Positions 60,001-64,000 of a DNA stretch of 64,000 nucleotides are shown in pieces. A program made the translations under genes and the position numbers. A model generated the notes under the pieces. It saw only the letters and a list, made by a program, of their open reading frames with translations. It had not been told where the DNA came from and did no database searches. The stretch is taken from the IMG/VR virus record IMGVR_UViG_3300033053_000017, positions 1 through 64,000 of that record. One strand, given 5' to 3'. Position 1 is the first letter of the stretch; each line of letters opens with the position of its first letter. Origin of the DNA: a virus.

Positions 60001-60056
60001 TACCTTTTTTCACCTTCTTTCATTGAACTGTATACGTTGATTGCTTCCATGATTTT

Positions 60057-60085
60057 ATTATATACTTGTTACGCTGGAATTGCAA
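60057..60085 (-). promoter_or_regulatory. Strong promoter of the replication operon
   Basis: Minus strand TTGCAA, 17 nt, TATAAT. Confidence 0.6.
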
Positions 60086-60175
60086 CCCTTTGTATCCATA
60101 TTTTTAAAAAATATACCATCTTTTTGTCATCAAATTAACCCTAATTTCGACTACTTTATTCGACTGTTTTTACGC

Positions 60176-60204
60176 AATAAAAAAGAGGAGTGTTTAACTC
60201 CCCT
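60176..60204 (-). terminator. Rho-independent terminator
   Basis: AGGGGAGU-loop-ACUCCUCU (one mismatch) followed by UUUUUUAUU. Confidence 0.55.
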
Positions 60205-60209
60205 GATTA

Positions 60210-60686
60210 TTACTTCGCTATCTCACATGCTACCTGCCAGTATGCTTCAAGTAAATCATGTCCTAAGTCCCAGTATTCATTAATGGTCTTTAATTCTTCT
60301 GAACAAATTTCTATTCTATATCCTCTAAAGCCTTTATCATCATAATTAAGATACATACAATCAACTTTTCCATTGAGTTTTCCTTCTATAAATTTTCTTA
60401 GTTGTCCCTCTGTAAATAGTGGAACTATGTTATCAATAAATTGCACATTCCAGCTATCTATAGAAGCACTTGGACTTTTGTATTCATATGATGGGTATTT
60501 ATGTCTTAAATCTATGGTTACTATTTCATATTTTTTTACTTTTATAACTATATATTTTTGCCTTTTGTCGTTTAATTTTCTATAAAATAAATCATATTGC
60601 CTAATATTTGCTTTCCACCAATCTTTTAAAATCTTCCGTACCTTCTCGGGCTGCTCTAAAAATGTTTCTGCTTTAATATATTCCAT
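60210..60686 (-). CDS. Hypothetical protein (158 aa)
   Basis: Co-directional ORF. Confidence 0.55.
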   Translation of the reverse strand: MEYIKAETFLEQPEKVRKILKDWWKANIRQYDLFYRKLNDKRQKYIVIKVKKYEIVTIDLRHKYPSYEYKSPSASIDSWNVQFIDNIVPLFTEGQLRKFIEGKLNGKVDCMYLNYDDKGFRGYRIEICSEELKTINEYWDLGHDLLEAYWQVACEIAK

Positions 60687-61124
60687 TTATTCTTCCTCCC
60701 CTTCTTCTAGTTCTGCCTCGCTTACCTCTTTCTCCTTATTCTCATAAATATTACCCATAACTTCAACATCTTCTGTTATATTAATATCATCCATATCAAC
60801 TGTTTCTCTATTGGTAAAATAATAGCATAAGCTATCTGAATCGTACTTAACTACGCCAATATTTTCATAATTATCATAATCATAACTTTCGCCACATCTT
60901 GAAGCATCAGGATACTTAACAATATCTCCTTCATAAATTTCTTTTCCGTTCTTATCGTTAAGTCCTGTATACTGCATATATTCAAGTCCGTAATCATCAT
61001 AATTAAGTATTGTATTGATTACATCTACAGGGTTAGCATCATATTCTATATGGCCACTTTGTTCTTTGCTATATACCATCATTTTTAATTCTTTATCCCA
61101 CGCCCTAAATTTAATTTGTCTCAT
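60687..61124 (-). CDS. YopX-family protein
   Basis: MRQIKFRAWD...YTGLNDKNGKEIYEGDIV. Confidence 0.75.
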   Translation of the reverse strand: MRQIKFRAWDKELKMMVYSKEQSGHIEYDANPVDVINTILNYDDYGLEYMQYTGLNDKNGKEIYEGDIVKYPDASRCGESYDYDNYENIGVVKYDSDSLCYYFTNRETVDMDDINITEDVEVMGNIYENKEKEVSEAELEEGEEE

Positions 61125-61296
61125 TAACTTCTTCCTCCCTTATCTGATCTTCAAATATCCACCTGCAGTTTGTAGTTTTTAAATCATCAATTGGTCTAAC
61201 TTCATAGAAGCCTTGCTTATGCCCGTTGCAGTCTCTCCTGTCCATGCAACTACCTACAATGGCTTTCCCTTCTTCTGGTATTATTGCAACTTTCAC
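61111..61296 (-). CDS. Hypothetical protein (61 aa)
   Basis: Co-directional ORF. Confidence 0.45.
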   Translation of the reverse strand: MKVAIIPEEGKAIVGSCMDRRDCNGHKQGFYEVRPIDDLKTTNCRWIFEDQIREEEVNETN

Positions 61297-61308
61297 TTAT
61301 AACCCCTC

Positions 61309-61557
61309 CTATAGATACTTTAGAATCTTTACAACAGTAACATTCCTAGCAGTTATAACTATTTTTATATTTTCAGTAGCTTCTTTAATTTCCGTAATGT
61401 TTGCTGTCGCTCTTGCAATTATGTCATTAAACATATACAGCCTTGTGCCTACCAATAGCCCCTTCCAATCCCACTCGGTGCAGAATGTTTGATTATAAAG
61501 CTCTTTCTCCTCTCTATCATTCCAAAAATCGTAATAATACAAAATTTCATATTCCAT
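61309..61557 (-). CDS. Hypothetical protein (82 aa)
   Basis: Co-directional ORF. Confidence 0.5.
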   Translation of the reverse strand: MEYEILYYYDFWNDREEKELYNQTFCTEWDWKGLLVGTRLYMFNDIIARATANITEIKEATENIKIVITARNVTVVKILKYL

Positions 61558-61575
61558 ATAAACCCCTCCTACTTT

Positions 61576-61788
61576 TTAAAGCTTATCTCTAAATTCTTGC
61601 AATCCATCTAAAAACTCATAGAAACAAACTAAAGTATCTCCTATTTCGTTTTGCAGCTCGCTTATATCTCTTTCTACGCTTTCAACGTCCTTACCATCAT
61701 GGATAGCTTCATCTACTGCACTTGTTAGATTATCATTAGCACTTTTCAACCTTCTAAGTAACATCTTAGCTACTGCTATACTTATCAT
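61576..61788 (-). CDS. Hypothetical protein (70 aa)
   Basis: Co-directional ORF. Confidence 0.5.
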   Translation of the reverse strand: MISIAVAKMLLRRLKSANDNLTSAVDEAIHDGKDVESVERDISELQNEIGDTLVCFYEFLDGLQEFRDKL

Positions 61789-61800
61789 TTATACAACCTC

Positions 61801-61995
61801 CTATAAAAAACTCTCCTGAACTACTTTTCTTTTTTTAACCTTCTTTACTGGCTTTATTACTTCTCCGCCTTCCATCTCCGCTATTCTTCTTTTTAAGTCC
61901 TGCTGGTGTTTCTTGCTTATGCTGTATTCTAAAGATAGTTTTAATAACTCTAGTTGTGTTAGTTCCTTGATAGCCAAATTAACACCTACTTTCAA
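61801..61995 (-). CDS. Hypothetical protein (64 aa)
   Basis: Co-directional ORF. Confidence 0.45.
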   Translation of the reverse strand: MKVGVNLAIKELTQLELLKLSLEYSISKKHQQDLKRRIAEMEGGEVIKPVKKVKKRKVVQESFL

Positions 61996-61997
61996 AA

Positions 61998-62267
61998 TTA
62001 TTTTTTATCATAGAATTTACATTTTCTAGTTGTTTCGCCCCACATTGCACGCCAGCCATCTTCTCTGCTACAGCAGGGCATAAAAGCATAACCCAATCCT
62101 GCTTGATACTTATCTAGGTGTGAACAGCTATCACATTGTTCTCTTTTTTTAACGTCACCTTTTTTATTTACATGTTTAATGCTTATCATATTACCTTTTC
62201 TTACGATTTTACTTTTATCAGGTGATATATTAATCATGCCTAATAAATCAAATTTATCCATTAACAA
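61998..62267 (-). CDS. Cys-containing hypothetical protein (89 aa)
   Basis: Co-directional ORF. Confidence 0.5.
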   Translation of the reverse strand: MLMDKFDLLGMINISPDKSKIVRKGNMISIKHVNKKGDVKKREQCDSCSHLDKYQAGLGYAFMPCCSREDGWRAMWGETTRKCKFYDKK

Positions 62268-62273
62268 CCCCTC

Positions 62274-62564
62274 CTATTCAATTTTTAATCTATCGCCACA
62301 TGTAGCTCCATCAATATTATTAAGCTTCTTTAACTTCTCTGCACTGATCCCAAATTTCTTAGCTACTGTATTTATATTTTCCCCCGGCTTTAATTGATAT
62401 ATCATCTGTATATTATCCTGTCCTTTGCATATACTATATACTGCAGGGATCTGAAAGATAATTATAGCAGCCACAACCAATAAGATTAGTTTAATATTTA
62501 ATTTTCCCACTTGTACACCATCCAATCTTCTGATAAGATAGGTGTATGAGTTTGAACCGCTCAT
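62274..62564 (-). CDS. Membrane-anchored LysM-domain protein
   Basis: TM segment LILLVVAAIIIFQI followed by YQLKPGENINTVAKKFGISAEKLKKLNN. Confidence 0.65.
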   Translation of the reverse strand: MSGSNSYTYLIRRLDGVQVGKLNIKLILLVVAAIIIFQIPAVYSICKGQDNIQMIYQLKPGENINTVAKKFGISAEKLKKLNNIDGATCGDRLKIE

Positions 62565-62616
62565 ACACGAATTAAAACTTCTATGCTCGGATAGTCTATG
62601 TGCAGACTATCCTTAT

Positions 62617-62835
62617 TTATTTACCTGCAATCATTTCTTTTATGCTGTTAGCCAGTTTAAGTCTGCTTCCACTGTTTATATAATTTACTGCATCTTGTTT
62701 CGTGTTAAATTCAGTATATTTAACAAATATACCATCTGCTTTCCCTAGTAATATTTCTTCCCCATTATGGTTTACTGCTATGTTATATTTTCCTGAACTT
62801 CTGTTGTATTTAGGTCTAGCCATCATTATTCCCAT
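62617..62835 (-). CDS. Hypothetical protein (72 aa)
   Basis: Co-directional ORF. Confidence 0.5.
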   Translation of the reverse strand: MGIMMARPKYNRSSGKYNIAVNHNGEEILLGKADGIFVKYTEFNTKQDAVNYINSGSRLKLANSIKEMIAGK

Positions 62836-62837
62836 AG

Positions 62838-63203
62838 TTATTCCTCCTTAACTATAATTGTATTTTCACAAGCTTCGTTGAATAAAAATACTGCATTCTT
62901 TCCGTTGTCTATCCACCAGCTACCGTCATAAAACTTCACTTCCCCAGTAAAATCTATATCAGGACTGCCAATTAAAACCGATACTTGGTGTACAATATCG
63001 CCTTCATATATCTCGTTTCCATTGATGTCATTCTGTTCTGTATATTGCAATGGTATTAAATGCTTGTTGTTTTCAGTTCCTTCTATTATTCCGTCTTCAT
63101 CAAAAGATTGAATCCCTTCGCCATTTATATCAACGCTGCAGTTTAAATAGTTAACAACCTCATTATTCTTTGTGTCAAGTAATCTAAATTTTATTTCTCT
63201 CAT
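62838..63203 (-). CDS. YopX-family protein
   Basis: MREIKFRLLD...YTEQNDINGNEIYEGDIV. Confidence 0.75.
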   Translation of the reverse strand: MREIKFRLLDTKNNEVVNYLNCSVDINGEGIQSFDEDGIIEGTENNKHLIPLQYTEQNDINGNEIYEGDIVHQVSVLIGSPDIDFTGEVKFYDGSWWIDNGKNAVFLFNEACENTIIVKEE

Positions 63204-63249
63204 AAATATTTAACTCCTCTCAGAATATATTTGAATTGAGACTAAAAAA

Positions 63250-63423
63250 TTATTTATTTGCTTCGTTAAGTTTCATAGCAAAATATAATCTTTCTATATC
63301 TTGTTTGGATAACAAAACCTCTCCATTAATTTTGTCATTATAGTCATATGTCTGTATTTTATAATGATAAAACCCATCTGTAACTTTAATATTGTCATTT
63401 TTTAAAATTATATTTTCTTCCAT
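63250..63423 (-). CDS. Small hypothetical protein (57 aa)
   Basis: ATG at 63423. Fills the gap between neighbouring genes. Below the track cutoff. Confidence 0.35.
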   Translation of the reverse strand: MEENIILKNDNIKVTDGFYHYKIQTYDYNDKINGEVLLSKQDIERLYFAMKLNEANK

Positions 63424-63475
63424 AATTCCACCCCATTACTATTTAAATTAGTTCACAATATAATCACAATGCGTA

Positions 63476-64000
63476 TCAAAACACATTTAAATCAACTTCT
63501 AGTCCTTTTTCAGCAATGTAAACCGCTTTGCCTGTAGCTTTCTCTATCTCGGATTTAAATTGCCTAGAATCGCTGTTATCGTTACTGAGGTGGATTAGAA
63601 TTATATTATTAACTTTCTCCAAGTCTGTAGCTTTTAAAAACTCTTTTGCGTTGTCCAAGCTAAAATGTGATTTTGTTACTCTTGCAGCTAATCCCACTGG
63701 AATAATTTCGTTTTCTATATTTTCTTTTAAAATCTCTTTTGAGTAATTGCACTCTACCATGATCGTGTTTACATTTTTAAAATTATATTTGCAGTAGTAG
63801 CTGTCAGTAAGGAATAAAACTTTTTGCCCTTCGCATTGTATTAAATACCCTAGGTTGTATACGTCATGTTGCAGTTCGAAAGGAAGAACCGTAAACCCTC
63901 CTACCTTGAATTGTTTTTCACTTTCTACATGATGAACTCTATGTCCTTCAGCTCCACAGGCTTCAGCAGTTTCTTTACTGGTATAAACATCTATTCCGTT
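63476..64000 (-). CDS. MBL-fold metallo-hydrolase (5' end outside the window)
   Basis: The frame of track ORF 63476..63760 stays open to the window edge (NGIDVYTSKETAEACGAEGHRVHHVESEKQFKVGGFTVLPFELQHDVYNLGYLIQCEG...LIHLSNDN), a typical phage beta-lactamase-fold C-terminal half. Confidence 0.6.
   Translation of the reverse strand, partial: NGIDVYTSKETAEACGAEGHRVHHVESEKQFKVGGFTVLPFELQHDVYNLGYLIQCEGQKVLFLTDSYYCKYNFKNVNTIMVECNYSKEILKENIENEIIPVGLAARVTKSHFSLDNAKEFLKATDLEKVNNIILIHLSNDNSDSRQFKSEIEKATGKAVYIAEKGLEVDLNVF

Noticed and set aside
598-63746. Essentially all plus-strand track ORFs outside 13842-14497. Examples are 598..789, 2177..2479, 3176..3481, 6319..6714, 10416..11127, 17504..27664 (many), 30363..30641, 33085..33842, 36708..37562, 38371..39539, 45529..46447, 48827..49114, 53470..54373, 54929..55481, 59046..59309 and 61226..61492.
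   Set aside because: They lie antisense inside long, motif-bearing minus-strand genes. They are rich in Leu/Ser/Phe, as expected from antisense AT-rich coding DNA, and they lack SD sequences. 48827..49114 is better explained by a minus-strand RHH gene plus its terminator.

Overview
The window is a 64-kb stretch of an AT-rich tailed-phage or phage-plasmid genome, probably from a Clostridia-like low-GC Firmicute. That host guess rests on a CWB2-type wall-binding protein, a BhlA/UviB-like holin and the codon and SD style. Almost every gene is on the minus strand.

In transcription order (high to low coordinates) the modules are:
- 64.0-48.0 kb: early, replication and nucleotide-metabolism genes. 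These include an MBL hydrolase, YopX x2, a replisome organizer with a DnaC-like loader, SSB, Dam, a dimeric dUTPase, Dcm, DUF1064, AbrB and ThyX.
- 47.8-34.4 kb: packaging and head genes. These are TerS, a frameshifted TerL, a 5-kb insert holding a 1169-aa repeat protein, portal, scaffold and major capsid.
- 34.4-29.5 kb: connector and fibre genes. No tail tube, sheath or tape measure is recognisable.
- 29.4-17.0 kb: a separately promoted operon encoding a CWB2/W-N-Q repeat protein, a 3502-aa polyvalent protein (N6A-MTase, PARP-like ART, RadC/JAB) and a membrane protein.
- 16.6-14.5 kb: lysis cassette.
- 13.8-14.5 kb: the only plus-strand cassette.
- 13.7-8.2 kb: a plasmid-like block. It holds a T4 coupling protein, a MobV relaxase with an oriT-like site, an array of small promoter-to-terminator RNA cassettes, and an RHH-Rep replicon.
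- 8.2-4.0 kb: small Cys-rich accessory ORFs.
- 3.9-0.27 kb: an RHH / Rad50-like ATPase / RecT operon.

I saw no integrase, rRNA, canonical tRNA or CRISPR array.

The most unusual signals:
1. A 224-bp inverted repeat pair (about 98 percent identical) at 1-224 and 16658-16880 brackets the whole 16.4-kb lysis/plasmid/mobilization/recombination block. Each arm carries a consensus promoter followed by a hairpin-dense untranslated RNA of about 185 nt.
2. Three paralogous sRNA cassettes in tandem, plus a D-armless tRNA-like element, lie between the replicon and the relaxase.
3. Conjugative-mobilization genes sit inside a phage.
4. The giant polyvalent effector operon.

All family assignments come from motifs read by eye and recalled from memory. 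No searches were run.
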